Assembly (NCBI GenBank): GCA_963422265.1 | Contig: OY729416.1 | Span: forward strand, 1,216,001 to 1,280,000 | Source: Thermodesulfobacteriota bacterium | GTDB lineage: Bacteria > Desulfobacterota_D > UBA1144 > Nemesobacterales > UBA2774 | Length of the DNA stretch: 64,000 nt | Direction of reading: 5' to 3' | Shown here: piece by piece, positions 1 through 10,694 of the stretch | Layout of the letters: every line of letters begins with the position of its first letter | How positions within the stretch are numbered: the first letter of the stretch is position 1 | Notes under the pieces: generated by a model | Seen by the model: only the letters and a program-made list of their open reading frames with translations | Told to the model about the DNA's origin: nothing | Databases searched by the model: none | Made by a program: the position numbers and the translations under genes

Positions 1-1782
1 GGAAACTCTTATCTAATTGATACGTCGGAATTGGATAAGGTCGATGGCCATAACCTTGAAAGGCTTGGCGTAGTATCAGAGGAAAGGTATCTCGTCGTCA
101 ATTTGGAGAACTTTGATGAAAATAAACGAAGCCTAGTTAAAGAGATAACGGAAGATAACCCAGACGTCTTTAAGTCCATGAGTGGCGTCTCCTTTGCAAG
201 CTATAGCGCCCTCAGCAAACTCAATAGTAAAGACCTTCTTAGAATAAGAAGTGATGAAATAGATCAGGTAGTCAAGCTTGCCGCACTACTATTTCTTTGT
301 CTGCTCGGGATATTTATCTTTAGTTCGCTTTTCACATATCTACTAAATTGTTCTGGACACAAAATAATGCACGAGATCAGATTATCCCTTTTTTCTCACG
401 TAATGAAACTTCCCCAACCCTTTTTTGATAAAAATCCAGTCGGGAGAATTACTACTCGTGTGACGAACGACGTAAATGCTATAAATGAAATGTACACGTC
501 CGTAATGATTCAAGTCTTAAAAGATATATTAGTAGTAATAGGCACTTTCATCGTAATGTTCCACATGAATAAGAGCCTTACTTTATACGTGATTCTGTTT
601 ACCTTACTTATGGCCCTTTTCGCAGCCCTTTTCAGAATGAAGCTAAAGATGGTTTACAGGGAAATCAGAAGGAGTATTTCAAAGCTTAACGCATTCGTTC
701 AGGAAAGCGTTAAGGGCATCGTTTTAATAAAACTCTACAACCGAGAGATGGAGAATTTCAAGAAGTTCAAAAATATAAACCGTGAGAACTACAAAGCCAA
801 TATGGATCAGCTATGGGTTTACGCAACCTTTAGACCCTTTATTGAATTTACGAGCGTGTTCACGGTTGCTTTTACCCTCTGGTACGGTGGGCTCAAGGTG
901 CTGAAACTCGACCTTACGTTAGGTGCTTTAATAGCTTATCTATACTACGTGAGAATGCTTTTCAGGCCTATTATGGAGCTAGCCGAGAAATACAACATCT
1001 TCCAATCGGCCGCTGCGGCTTCTGAGAATCTTTATGATTTAGCAGGTGTTAAATCGGAGGAAAAATCTGGTATTAGCAAGTCTCAAATAAAAGGGAAACT
1101 GGAGTTTGAAAATGTCTGGTTTTCTTATGACAATAAGGAATGGGTTCTAAAAAATGTCTCTTTTAGGATTGACCCCGGCGAGACCGTAGCCCTCGTTGGG
1201 CTTACGGGATCCGGAAAAACCACGATTGTAAACCTTATTCTCAGATTTTATGAAATAGAGCGAGGGCAAATCCTACTAGACGGCGTGGACATAAAAGAAT
1301 TAAGACCTGAATTTTTGAGGGCAAACGTTTGTGCAGTATTTCAAGACCTCTTTTTATTCGGAAAGGGATCGGATGATGAAAAAGACGGAACCTCAACCGA
1401 ACTCTTAACGATAAAGGAGCTTAGGGAAATAAAAAAATCTAACGAACGTTCAATGTCGTCAGGAGAGAAACAACTAGTATCTTTAGAACAAGCATTATCA
1501 AAGAAAGCAAAATTTCTGATATTAGATGAAGCAACCTCAAACATAGACGCAAATATAGAGCAAAGGATTCAAGAAACAATCAAAGGGAAGTCACAAAAGG
1601 AAACCACGTTGATCATCGCCCACAGACTTTCAAATGTAAGGGACGCCGATAGAATAATGGTAATACACAAAGGTGAGATTTCAGAAGTAGGCTCGCACCA
1701 AGAACTATTAGCGAAAAAGGGAATTTACCATAGTCTCTACCAGCTACAAAATGGAATAAGATGCTTCTCACCCCCTTCATAA
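1..1782 (+). CDS. ABC transporter fused permease/ATP-binding protein (MsbA/MdlB-like exporter), 5'-partial
   Basis: Frame is open from base 1. ABC membrane domain (FFDKNPVGRITTRVTNDV), Walker A GLTGSGKT, Walker B ILDEATS, H-loop IAHRLS. Confidence 0.9.
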   Translation, partial: GNSYLIDTSELDKVDGHNLERLGVVSEERYLVVNLENFDENKRSLVKEITEDNPDVFKSMSGVSFASYSALSKLNSKDLLRIRSDEIDQVVKLAALLFLCLLGIFIFSSLFTYLLNCSGHKIMHEIRLSLFSHVMKLPQPFFDKNPVGRITTRVTNDVNAINEMYTSVMIQVLKDILVVIGTFIVMFHMNKSLTLYVILFTLLMALFAALFRMKLKMVYREIRRSISKLNAFVQESVKGIVLIKLYNREMENFKKFKNINRENYKANMDQLWVYATFRPFIEFTSVFTVAFTLWYGGLKVLKLDLTLGALIAYLYYVRMLFRPIMELAEKYNIFQSAAAASENLYDLAGVKSEEKSGISKSQIKGKLEFENVWFSYDNKEWVLKNVSFRIDPGETVALVGLTGSGKTTIVNLILRFYEIERGQILLDGVDIKELRPEFLRANVCAVFQDLFLFGKGSDDEKDGTSTELLTIKELREIKKSNERSMSSGEKQLVSLEQALSKKAKFLILDEATSNIDANIEQRIQETIKGKSQKETTLIIAHRLSNVRDADRIMVIHKGEISEVGSHQELLAKKGIYHSLYQLQNGIRCFSPPS

Positions 1783-2739
1783 CTAATCACAATTAGAGGT
1801 AGCAGCAAACTCTAATGAACCTGGAAAAGGGAATCGGGTGCGTTCTTCTTTGCCATCTAACTCCCGAACGCTACCAGCCCCTAACTCCTTGAGCCTATCT
1901 ATTACTTCAAAAACAACAGTCTCAGGAGTAGAAGCGCCCGAACTTACTCCTATTACTAAATCATCATTAAATCCATGAGCTCCTATTTCATCAGCTCCTT
2001 CTATTAAGTAAGCCCTACTAACCCCGTTAGCCTTTGCTACCTCAACCAAGCGATTGGAATTAGAGCTTTCGGGAGAGCCTACGATAAAGATAATATCGGC
2101 TTGCTTAGCCAGCGCTTTCACGGCGTCTTGTCTGTTCTGCGTAGCATAACAAATATCAAGCTTTGAAGGGCTTACGATATTTGGAAACCTTTTTTTAAGA
2201 GATGCAAGTATATTCCTCGTATCATCAACGCTCAAAGTAGTCTGCGTAACGTAAGCTATTTTGTCCGGGTCAGGGACCTCTACCCTTTCCGCCTCCTCAA
2301 CGGACTCAACGACAACTACTTTGTCAGGAGCGTGACCACTTGTTCCTATTACCTCTACGTGATTCCTATGTCCTATCAGTATGATTGTATAACCCATTTC
2401 CGCATAATGCCTTACCTCATTATGCACCTTCGTTACGAGTGGGCAGACAGCGTCAACAACCTCAAGGGATCTATCCTTAGCTTCGTCCCACACCTTGGGT
2501 CCTACTCCATGAGCGCTAAAAATAACCCTTGCACCTCTCTCATTTATTTCCTCTAATTCCTCTATAAATCTAACGCCTCTCTCCTTAAGCGACTCGACTA
2601 CACGCTTATTGTGGACAATGGCATGGCGAACGTAGATAGGAGTACCATACATTTCAAGCGCCCGCTCGACCATCTCAATTGCTCTATCAACACCTGCGCA
2701 AAAACCCCTAGGTTTGGCGACGATTACTTGCATTTGCAA
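1783..2739 (-). CDS. ispH: 4-hydroxy-3-methylbut-2-enyl diphosphate reductase
   Basis: PRGFCAGVDRAI, SAHGV, DAVCPLVTKVH, ICYATQNRQ, SSNSNRL motifs. Confidence 0.97.
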   Translation of the reverse strand: MQMQVIVAKPRGFCAGVDRAIEMVERALEMYGTPIYVRHAIVHNKRVVESLKERGVRFIEELEEINERGARVIFSAHGVGPKVWDEAKDRSLEVVDAVCPLVTKVHNEVRHYAEMGYTIILIGHRNHVEVIGTSGHAPDKVVVVESVEEAERVEVPDPDKIAYVTQTTLSVDDTRNILASLKKRFPNIVSPSKLDICYATQNRQDAVKALAKQADIIFIVGSPESSNSNRLVEVAKANGVSRAYLIEGADEIGAHGFNDDLVIGVSSGASTPETVVFEVIDRLKELGAGSVRELDGKEERTRFPFPGSLEFAATSNCD

Positions 2740-2810
2740 CTCCCCTTAGCCTATTATACATCACATTAAGAAAGGACGGCTTTCTAAAAATACCTGAAAA
2801 GTAAATCCAT

Positions 2811-3593
2811 CTAGAATACCTGTAGTAGTTTTAGAGAAATTATGAATATAGCTACGACCAATACAGAGCGTATTACCTTCTCGCCACCCTCAACTGACAA
2901 ATGAGCCGCCCACCAACCACCTAGGGCGTTGCCAGCAGCTAAACTCAAACCTAGAAGCCAATCTACGTTATCCGTCCAGATAAAAATAAGAAGCGCAGGC
3001 ACTGTATAGATCAAGATTATAAGAATTTTACGCACGTTGACTAAAATAAGATTAATTCTAAGTAAATGATAAAGCGCCGCCATGATTAAAAACCCTACGC
3101 CAATCTGAATAAAACCACCGTAAAAACCGATGCCCAGCATAGCGGGGTAGATAAGCCAGGGTTTTTTGCCTTCTACTGATGTAATATTCCGTTTAGCCTG
3201 GGAGGGGAGCAACATAGATATTACTACTCCAATCATTACTATGCCAAGTATCCGCTCAAACCAATCGCTGCTGATCCTAACTGCTATTAAAGCCCCCAGT
3301 ATAGCCCCTGGCAGCGTGAAAGCCGCAAGTTTTACTCCCTCTCTGATCCCTGGGACCTTTTGCTTGTGAAAAGAAAGAGCGGCAGATACATTCTGTATTA
3401 AAATCGCAACCCGGTTAGTTCCATTAGCGGCGGAACCATCTAGTCCCAGGAATATTAAGGCGGGCAGCGTAAGGCTGGATCCCCCACCTGCCATTACGTT
3501 GACAAAACCTGCCAATATCCCCACGCCAAAAAGAATAAGAAGTTCTACGTATTCAAGCATACGCCTCGCCCCAGCTCCGTATCGCTCACTCAA
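2811..3593 (-). CDS. TSUP (TauE/SafE) family membrane transporter
   Basis: AGFVNVMAGGGS, ANGTNR, GFYGGF motifs; multiple TM helices. True start may be the internal ATG (MLEYVEL). Confidence 0.88.
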   Translation of the reverse strand: MSERYGAGARRMLEYVELLILFGVGILAGFVNVMAGGGSSLTLPALIFLGLDGSAANGTNRVAILIQNVSAALSFHKQKVPGIREGVKLAAFTLPGAILGALIAVRISSDWFERILGIVMIGVVISMLLPSQAKRNITSVEGKKPWLIYPAMLGIGFYGGFIQIGVGFLIMAALYHLLRINLILVNVRKILIILIYTVPALLIFIWTDNVDWLLGLSLAAGNALGGWWAAHLSVEGGEKVIRSVLVVAIFIISLKLLQVF

Positions 3594-3625
3594 AATTTAC
3601 AACCTACTACGAATCGGGGTCTAGG

Positions 3626-4690
3626 TTACTCACTATTTAATAGCTTGTTTTTCAAGTCTTCAAGCGTTGAGGAAATATCTTTCTGTCTTTGGCTAAGACT
3701 CTCTACTACTTTTCTCAATTCATGCGCTTCTCTTACTGTACCTAAGCCTTTACTACGTTGATCGACTCCAAGCTCGCTATCTTTAATATCTAAATTCAAA
3801 ATATCAGGTCTTGAGAAATGCCCAATTGAATCAATTACGGCTTTAGCTCTTATTATCGTATCAGTGTCAATATCGGCGTATATTATATCCTCCTTTCCGT
3901 AAACTGGACCAGCCATGTATTCTCCCCTCGGATTTATAATTCCACTTCCACCCGGAAAATCCCACAGCGTGTTTTCTTTAAGGGGAAAGCTATCAGGAAT
4001 CATTTTCTCATTCATGTGTCCTGAGGATACAATGACGAATACCTGCCCTTCAAAAGCATATTGACGGCTAGCAAAATCCATAGTCGGCTTAGTAAATCCA
4101 TGACCTGCCCAAAGCCCGGCGTGTATTTGCTCGCCTTTTTTATACATAGCGTATTTTGCTAGAGTCAGATGGTGCTCATAGCAAAAAAAACCGCCTATAT
4201 TACCTAATGAGGTTGCAAACACTTTTAAGTCCTGAGCACTTCCCATCCCCCATATACACTTTTCACTGTCTATGGACATAAGCTTTCTGTGCTTACCAAG
4301 AATACCGCCGTCTTTATCTATATATAAAATAGTATTGTAAAGGGTGCCACCTTCTCTTTCATTAACGCCTATTACAACGTAGGCATCGGCTTTCCTAGCG
4401 GCTTCGCAAAGCCTAGAGGTATTTTCATCAGGAATCTCAATCGAGTTTCTGTGCAATTCACCATAAGCGTCAAGAACAAGACTTCTTCCCTCTATGGTTC
4501 CTATATCCTTAGGCCAATAAGGGTATGTAGGAATTGTCGCTTCTGGGAACACTATTAAATTTGCGCCGTTTTTGCTCGCCTCTTCAATCAGGCCTATAAT
4601 CTTCTCTATAGTCTCATCTTTATTAAGGAATATGGGTGCCATTTGCACCGCGGCTGCGGTAAATACGTGATCTTTATCCTGCATACTCAC
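3626..4690 (-). CDS. Nitrilase / carbon-nitrogen hydrolase
   Basis: Catalytic E-K-C triad in FPEA, HRKL and CYEH; SRQYAFEGQVFV; GHFSRPD. Confidence 0.9.
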   Translation of the reverse strand: MSMQDKDHVFTAAAVQMAPIFLNKDETIEKIIGLIEEASKNGANLIVFPEATIPTYPYWPKDIGTIEGRSLVLDAYGELHRNSIEIPDENTSRLCEAARKADAYVVIGVNEREGGTLYNTILYIDKDGGILGKHRKLMSIDSEKCIWGMGSAQDLKVFATSLGNIGGFFCYEHHLTLAKYAMYKKGEQIHAGLWAGHGFTKPTMDFASRQYAFEGQVFVIVSSGHMNEKMIPDSFPLKENTLWDFPGGSGIINPRGEYMAGPVYGKEDIIYADIDTDTIIRAKAVIDSIGHFSRPDILNLDIKDSELGVDQRSKGLGTVREAHELRKVVESLSQRQKDISSTLEDLKNKLLNSE

Positions 4691-4992
4691 TCACCCCCTG
4701 CTACGCCTCTCCCCGAAACCCACTGAGGGAGAAATTAAGAACGTATTGAGATTCAGTTTTGTTAGGAGCAACCCTACAAAATTCGCAGATTTGTAATTAT
4801 AGCAAGTCTAACTCCTATTTCCTAATGGTTGTCCATTCTACTAAATGGGTAAAGTGGTTCCGTGCTTTATGCAACTTTTACATACGCTCGTCTTATCGCT
4901 TACCGTTTTAATTGTTGCTTTTGGCAGATAGCTTGTCTAAACTTAACTTTTCTAAGTAAGAGTTAATCCTTATAATTAACCCTACGCAATAA

Positions 4993-7305
4993 ATGCCTAA
5001 AAGAAAAAGCCATTCAAAACAGGAATCATCCGATAAAATAGTTAGGGAAATACTCTCGTCTCTTCTTTTCGCTTTGGGTTTGTTCTCATCACTCAGCCTT
5101 GTCTTTTACAGTTCGAGAATAGGTCTTGACCTTAAAGGGTCTATGGGAACGACTGGGGTCTTTATATCCGCTATGCTCGGCAAAGCCTTCGGTATATGCG
5201 GGTTCGCAGTGCCTATAGTATTGTTTTACACGGCAGCTATTACTTTTATCAACAAATCTGGACCCAATCTTTTAAGAAATGTTCTATCATCCCTTGTATT
5301 GCTAATTTCCGTAATGACTTTTCTAGGGCTCTCATTCACTGGGAAGGGATTATTGGGATATGAAACAGCGGGGGGATGGATAGGAAACGCAATTGCAGAA
5401 AAGTTAAAAGAAGGCATCGCTGGCACTATAGGCTCTTATCTCATCGTAACTGTCTTACTCATTCTTAGCCTAGTAGCAATAACGGGACTAACCTTGTCAG
5501 AGATGCTTAGGACGGCAGGCAAAGTTTCTGCATCCGCTACTAATAAAACCTATGAATTCTCCAAATTCATCGCCATTCAAGCCTTACGGATTGGAAAACG
5601 CTTAAAGGAACCTTTAGAAAATTTAAAGGGCGGACGGCAGGTCGCAGAGGAAAACCTTCAGACGTATGAAGGAGATCAAGCGTCAACCTTAAACAGACGG
5701 CAAAATCCCTCGTCTGATGAAATAATCGACCTCGAAGAAGAGGTATTTACCGATGAAGAGACTTTATTTCTTGAAAACGGGCGTCCAGAAATAGTCATAG
5801 AACAGCCAAAATCAAAGGGATTTGATGAATTTTCTCTAGTAAAGAAGCAAACTAGTAATAGTTATAAGGTTCCACCGCTCGATCTGCTTGATTCCAAGAT
5901 AGAAATCGATCTTGAGGTGGACAGTAAAGCCGTTTATGAAAAACAGGATCTGATTGAGGAAAAATTAAAGGATTTCGGAGTATCGGGAAAGGTCGTCAGA
6001 GTAAGACCGGGTCCCGTGATCACTATGTTTGAGTATAAACCCGCACCGGGAATTAAGATAAGTAAAATAGCATCGCTTGATAATGATCTCGCCATGGGAC
6101 TCAGCGCCCTTAGCATCAGAATTATAGCTCCCATTCCTGGGAAGGACGTTATAGGTATTGAGGTGCCTAACACAACAAGAGAAATGGTGGTTTTAAGAGA
6201 ACTTCTTGAGGATGCTGAATTTTCCAGAAGCCAATCTATATTAACTCTTGCTTTGGGAAAGGACATTTCCGGTCTTCCATTTTATATGGACTTAAGAAAA
6301 GCGCCACATCTTATGGTTGCGGGAACCACTGGCTCGGGTAAAAGCGTTTTACTCAACGCCGTAATTACAAGTATGCTTTACAAGGCGAGCCCGCACGAGC
6401 TTAAATTCATCATGATCGACCCTAAAATGCTTGAGCTATCCGTGTATGAAGGTATTCCGCACCTACTACACCCGGTTGTAACGGAACCTAAAAGAGCGGC
6501 TGCGGCCCTAAAGTGGGCAGTTGGAGAGATGGAAAAGAGATACAGAACCCTTTCTGATGAGGGGGTAAGGGACATTGAAACTCATAACAGGAACGTGGAG
6601 AACCTAGATATTCCAACAGAGGACAAAATAGATAGGCTTCTACCTTACATAGTAATTATTTTAGATGAGCTTGCTGATCTAATGATGATAGCACCGAGCG
6701 AGGTAAAAGAATCAGTTACGAGGCTTTCTCAGAAAGCCCGCGCCGCTGGCATACATTTGATCGTCGCAACCCAGCGTCCCTCTGCCGACGTCGTAGCCGG
6801 ACTCATCAAAGCTAATTTCCCCGCTAGAATCTCATTCCTTGTATCATCTAAAATTGATTCGCGTATAATTTTGGACGCAGGTGGCGCCGAGCAGCTTTTG
6901 GGTAAAGGGGATATGCTGTTACTTGAACCCGGCACTTCAAACCTGTTGAGACTTCAGGGAGCACTTATTTCAGATACGGAAAGAGAGAAAATAACTGAGC
7001 ACATCAAACACCAAGGATCTCCCGACTATAAAGAAGAAATCACTCACGTAGAGGAAAAAGAGAAAAGCGAGGATCTAGAGAATGAAAAGGATGATCTTTA
7101 CTATAAGGCTCTAAGAACAATTGCCGAAACCAATCAAGCGTCTATATCCATGCTTCAAAGGAAACTTAGAATCGGCTATAATAGGGCTGCTCGTATTGTT
7201 GAAATCATGGAAAAAGAAGGCGTTGTTGGTCCTCAGGAAGTCGCCGGAAAGCCAAGGGAAGTATTTATAGACTTGAACCAAACTGAAGAGAGGAAAACAA
7301 ACTGA
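4993..7305 (+). CDS. ftsK: DNA translocase FtsK
   Basis: N-terminal TM domain, PHLMVAGTTGSGKS, DELADLM, ATQRPS, gamma domain SMLQRKLRIGYNRAARI. Confidence 0.97.
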   Translation: MPKRKSHSKQESSDKIVREILSSLLFALGLFSSLSLVFYSSRIGLDLKGSMGTTGVFISAMLGKAFGICGFAVPIVLFYTAAITFINKSGPNLLRNVLSSLVLLISVMTFLGLSFTGKGLLGYETAGGWIGNAIAEKLKEGIAGTIGSYLIVTVLLILSLVAITGLTLSEMLRTAGKVSASATNKTYEFSKFIAIQALRIGKRLKEPLENLKGGRQVAEENLQTYEGDQASTLNRRQNPSSDEIIDLEEEVFTDEETLFLENGRPEIVIEQPKSKGFDEFSLVKKQTSNSYKVPPLDLLDSKIEIDLEVDSKAVYEKQDLIEEKLKDFGVSGKVVRVRPGPVITMFEYKPAPGIKISKIASLDNDLAMGLSALSIRIIAPIPGKDVIGIEVPNTTREMVVLRELLEDAEFSRSQSILTLALGKDISGLPFYMDLRKAPHLMVAGTTGSGKSVLLNAVITSMLYKASPHELKFIMIDPKMLELSVYEGIPHLLHPVVTEPKRAAAALKWAVGEMEKRYRTLSDEGVRDIETHNRNVENLDIPTEDKIDRLLPYIVIILDELADLMMIAPSEVKESVTRLSQKARAAGIHLIVATQRPSADVVAGLIKANFPARISFLVSSKIDSRIILDAGGAEQLLGKGDMLLLEPGTSNLLRLQGALISDTEREKITEHIKHQGSPDYKEEITHVEEKEKSEDLENEKDDLYYKALRTIAETNQASISMLQRKLRIGYNRAARIVEIMEKEGVVGPQEVAGKPREVFIDLNQTEERKTN

Positions 7306-7322
7306 CATACGGACTAAAAGGG

Positions 7323-7988
7323 TTGCTCGCACTCTCTTTAATGCTACTTATACACTCCGCGCCAGGGTTTTCAAAGCAGGGAGAAAGCCTAAACAGGGTT
7401 ATAGAAGACGTTCAGAACAAGTATGAGCGAATGGATAACTTTCACGCGGCATTTATACAAGAAGATAAGGTAAAAGCGCTGAATAAGGTGCGGAAAGCGG
7501 AGGGCAAAGTTTGGTTGAAAAAACCGGGAATGATGAGATGGAGCTATTACGCGCCAACCAAGGATGAAATCGTATCTGATGGAAAGACACTCTGGTTTTA
7601 TGACGAGGAAGAAAAGCAAGTAACAGAGTCTCCGTTAACCCAGTCGTCTGGAAATCAGACTACCGCCACCTTACTATCGGGGCTTGGTAATATAAAGGAG
7701 CTATTTAACGCGAGTTTCACGGATTTAGATAGCTTGAACAAAAATGAAAGTTATTTAATAGACCTAGCTCCAAAAAATCAGGAGGAGGGATATAGCAAAG
7801 CTACGATTGCCGTTGATAAAAAAACCGCGCTAGTAAATACTATTTACCTCTATGACCTATTCGGTAATTTGACTATTATAAAGCTAAAGGAGATGCAAAT
7901 CGGTAAAAAGGTTGCGGATTCTTTATTTCAGTTCAAAGCCCCTAAGGGAGTCAAAACAATAAAATTCCCTTCCGTTATTTCCCAATGA
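7323..7988 (+). CDS. lolA: Outer membrane lipoprotein carrier LolA
   Basis: Signal peptide, KKPGMMRWSY, IVSDGKTLWFYD; canonical ftsK-lolA order. Confidence 0.9.
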   Translation: MLALSLMLLIHSAPGFSKQGESLNRVIEDVQNKYERMDNFHAAFIQEDKVKALNKVRKAEGKVWLKKPGMMRWSYYAPTKDEIVSDGKTLWFYDEEEKQVTESPLTQSSGNQTTATLLSGLGNIKELFNASFTDLDSLNKNESYLIDLAPKNQEEGYSKATIAVDKKTALVNTIYLYDLFGNLTIIKLKEMQIGKKVADSLFQFKAPKGVKTIKFPSVISQ

Positions 7989-7999
7989 GTCATCTTTAG

Positions 8000-9229
8000 C
8001 TATCTATCTATCTCACCAAGAACTATATCAAGACTTCCGATTGCGGCTATCACGTCGGCTACTAAGCTACCTTCGGTCATTTGGGAAAGGGCTTGTAAGT
8101 TGACAAAGGAAGGTCCCCTAACCCTCATCCTATACGGTTGTCCCGAACCATCGCTCACTAAATAATAACTAAGCTCCCCCTTAGGATTTTCCACGGCATG
8201 TTGAATCTCCTCCTCAGGAGGCTTAAATCCTTCATATACAAGAACGAAGTGTCTGATAAGCGATTCCATCCTAGTGTAGGTAAGTTCCTTTTCCGGAAGC
8301 ACAATGTCGGGAAGATCAGCTATATATGGGCCGTCGGGCAAGTTGCTTAAAGCCTGTTTTATAATAAGTAAGCTCTGATTCATCTCCTCAAGCCTACAGA
8401 GATAACGAGAATAGGCGTCTCCATCACTTGCGATTGGAACCTCAAAGTCATAATTCTCGTAACCGAGATAAGGCATCGCCTTTCTTACATCATAAGGCAC
8501 GCCACTTCCCCTTAGAGCAGGACCCGTAAGACCTAGATCTATAGCGTCCTCTCCACTTATTACGGCAACTCCCTTTGTTCTCTCTATCCATATTCTGTTT
8601 CTAGTAAGAAGCTTGTCAATTTCCGCCAAGGTCTTTGGAAAGATTTCAATGAAGTTTGTAACTACCTCTTCAAAATTATCGGGAAGGTCAAGGGGAAGCC
8701 CTCCCACTCTTGGGTAAGAGGTGGTAAGTCTTGCTCCACACACAGTCTCGAGCACGTCGTATATTCTTTCCCTCTCCTTAAAACAGTAAAGAAAAGCGCT
8801 CATCGCTCCTAAGTCAAGCGCATTGGTTCCTATGCCTACAAGGTGTGACTCAATACGCCCAAGCTCAAATAGTAGAACCTCCGCAGTCTTAGCCCTTTCG
8901 GGCACGTCTTCCTCTATCCCCAGAAGTTTTTCAACCGTTAGAATAAAACCGATGTTATTGCATATAGAAGCCAGATAATCCATTCTGTCGGTGTAAGGAA
9001 GACATTGCTGATAGGTAATGTGCTCGCATAGTTTCTCGATTCCTCTATGAAGGTAACCAACGTGTGGAACCGCCTTTACTACTACCTCACCGTCAAGGTG
9101 AAGAACTACGCGTAGAACCCCGTGAGTAGCGGGATGTTGGGGACCCATGTTGAGCATTAAGGTCTCCGTCCGCATGCCGTCTTGCACCTGATGAGTTTCG
9201 TTACTTATCAGTTCAACTCTTTCCATCAA
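8000..9229 (-). CDS. nuoD: NADH-quinone oxidoreductase subunit D
   Basis: NMGPQHPATHGVLR, GYLHRGIEK, C-terminal DIVLGEIDR. Confidence 0.97.
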   Translation of the reverse strand: MMERVELISNETHQVQDGMRTETLMLNMGPQHPATHGVLRVVLHLDGEVVVKAVPHVGYLHRGIEKLCEHITYQQCLPYTDRMDYLASICNNIGFILTVEKLLGIEEDVPERAKTAEVLLFELGRIESHLVGIGTNALDLGAMSAFLYCFKERERIYDVLETVCGARLTTSYPRVGGLPLDLPDNFEEVVTNFIEIFPKTLAEIDKLLTRNRIWIERTKGVAVISGEDAIDLGLTGPALRGSGVPYDVRKAMPYLGYENYDFEVPIASDGDAYSRYLCRLEEMNQSLLIIKQALSNLPDGPYIADLPDIVLPEKELTYTRMESLIRHFVLVYEGFKPPEEEIQHAVENPKGELSYYLVSDGSGQPYRMRVRGPSFVNLQALSQMTEGSLVADVIAAIGSLDIVLGEIDR

Positions 9230-9747
9230 TCAAGCCCGTCTTTAAGAGCCCTTTCAAAAGATTCTTTGGAGGCTTTACGATCCCTCACGTCAAAATCTTT
9301 TCTTAAAGGGAATGGTTCGTAGTCCTCAGGCATCAAAATACGCTTTAGATTCGGGTGCCCGCTAAATTCTATCCCGAACATATCATATACCTCTCTCTCG
9401 AGCCAATTGGCTCCGCTCCATACCGAAGTAACCGAATCAATGCGGAGTTCATCTTCCGAGACTTCGGCTTTAAGCCGAACCCTGACGTTACCTTCAAAAT
9501 CATCTCCAAACCTGTGAACGTGATATACGACCTCGTATCTTGGGAGTTTCACTTTAAGGTAATCAACGGCGGTAAGATCCGCTAGGAACGTAAATTCCTG
9601 CTCGTCTTTCAGGTATCCGCAAATTTTTAAGACGTCGCGTTTAGGTATAAAAAGAGTCGCTTCTCCTCTAAACTCTTTAACGTCTTTTATGCTATTGAGA
9701 AAAGTTTCTTTCAGAGATTCAATAACCGAAGCTAGAGCAGAGTTCAT
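9226..9747 (-). CDS. nuoC: NADH-quinone oxidoreductase subunit C
   Basis: [32 protein letters not shown] at 9747 overlaps the nuoB stop (ATGA), so it is preferred to the ORF-track start at 9828. Confidence 0.95.
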   Translation of the reverse strand: MNSALASVIESLKETFLNSIKDVKEFRGEATLFIPKRDVLKICGYLKDEQEFTFLADLTAVDYLKVKLPRYEVVYHVHRFGDDFEGNVRVRLKAEVSEDELRIDSVTSVWSGANWLEREVYDMFGIEFSGHPNLKRILMPEDYEPFPLRKDFDVRDRKASKESFERALKDGLD

Positions 9748-10229
9748 AGAATAGGTGCCCCTTCTATCTCTATCTTCTTTTGGATTTTCATAACGGCGTC
9801 TATAAGCGCCTCTGGCCTCGGAGGACATCCTCCAACGTAAACGTCAACCGGGAGAAATTCATCTATGCCCTGAACAACAGCGTAGCTGTCAAAGGGTCCA
9901 CCACCACATGTGCAAGAACCCATGGCTATGACCCATTTCGGCTCCGGCATCTGATCGTATATCCTCCTGCACACGGAAGCCATTTTATAGGTAATTGTTC
10001 CGGAGACTATCATCAGGTCAGCCTGCCTAGGTGAGAATCTCGCAACCTCGGCGCCGAACCGCGAAAGGTCATACCTAGACGCAAATACGCCCATCATTTC
10101 AATGGCGCAACACGCAGTGCCAAACGGCATAGGCCACAGGCTGTTCTTTCTTGCCCAATTGGCGAACTCTCCGATTTTGGTGGTTATGAATCCATCGCCA
10201 CCTAGTATAGAATTCGTATTTACTCCCAA
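9744..10229 (-). CDS. nuoB: NADH-quinone oxidoreductase subunit B
   Basis: [42 protein letters not shown]. Confidence 0.97.
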   Translation of the reverse strand: MGVNTNSILGGDGFITTKIGEFANWARKNSLWPMPFGTACCAIEMMGVFASRYDLSRFGAEVARFSPRQADLMIVSGTITYKMASVCRRIYDQMPEPKWVIAMGSCTCGGGPFDSYAVVQGIDEFLPVDVYVGGCPPRPEALIDAVMKIQKKIEIEGAPIL

Positions 10230-10576
10230 TCAAGCGCCCCCGTCTTCAAAACGTAGAAATAGCCACCTAGTATAACAGCCAAAAATACTATAATTTCTAT
10301 GAAAGCAATTAAACCTAACTCCTTAAAAACCACTGCCCACGCGAATAAAAATACCACTTCCACATCAAAGAGAATAAAGAGAGCACCTACCATATAATAT
10401 TTGATAGAGAACCTGCCCCTTGTATCTCCCGTGGGCGCCATGCCTGATTCATAAGGAGCGAGCTTGCGATTTGCCTGTCTTTTCGGACCTATAACGGAAG
10501 AGATAAAAAGCATTGCCCCAGCAAGAATTATAGATAGAATTAGTATTAATAAGATGGGTATATACTCGCTAAGCAT
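10220..10576 (-). CDS. nuoA: NADH-quinone oxidoreductase subunit A
   Basis: [27 protein letters not shown]. Confidence 0.96.
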   Translation of the reverse strand: MLSEYIPILLILILSIILAGAMLFISSVIGPKRQANRKLAPYESGMAPTGDTRGRFSIKYYMVGALFILFDVEVVFLFAWAVVFKELGLIAFIEIIVFLAVILGGYFYVLKTGALDWE

Positions 10577-10694
10577 GGTATTTATGGTAAGTGGGTTGAT
10601 AAAATTGTCAAGGAGCTAGTAAGCGCTTGAAGAGTGGATTATCATATATCAATTGATACACGAACGCCCCTCTTTAGGTTAGGAGAGAATCCGG

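Noticed and set aside
9748-9828. N-terminal extension of nuoC in the ORF track
   Set aside because: Overlaps nuoB; the ATGA-coupled start at 9747 is more plausible.
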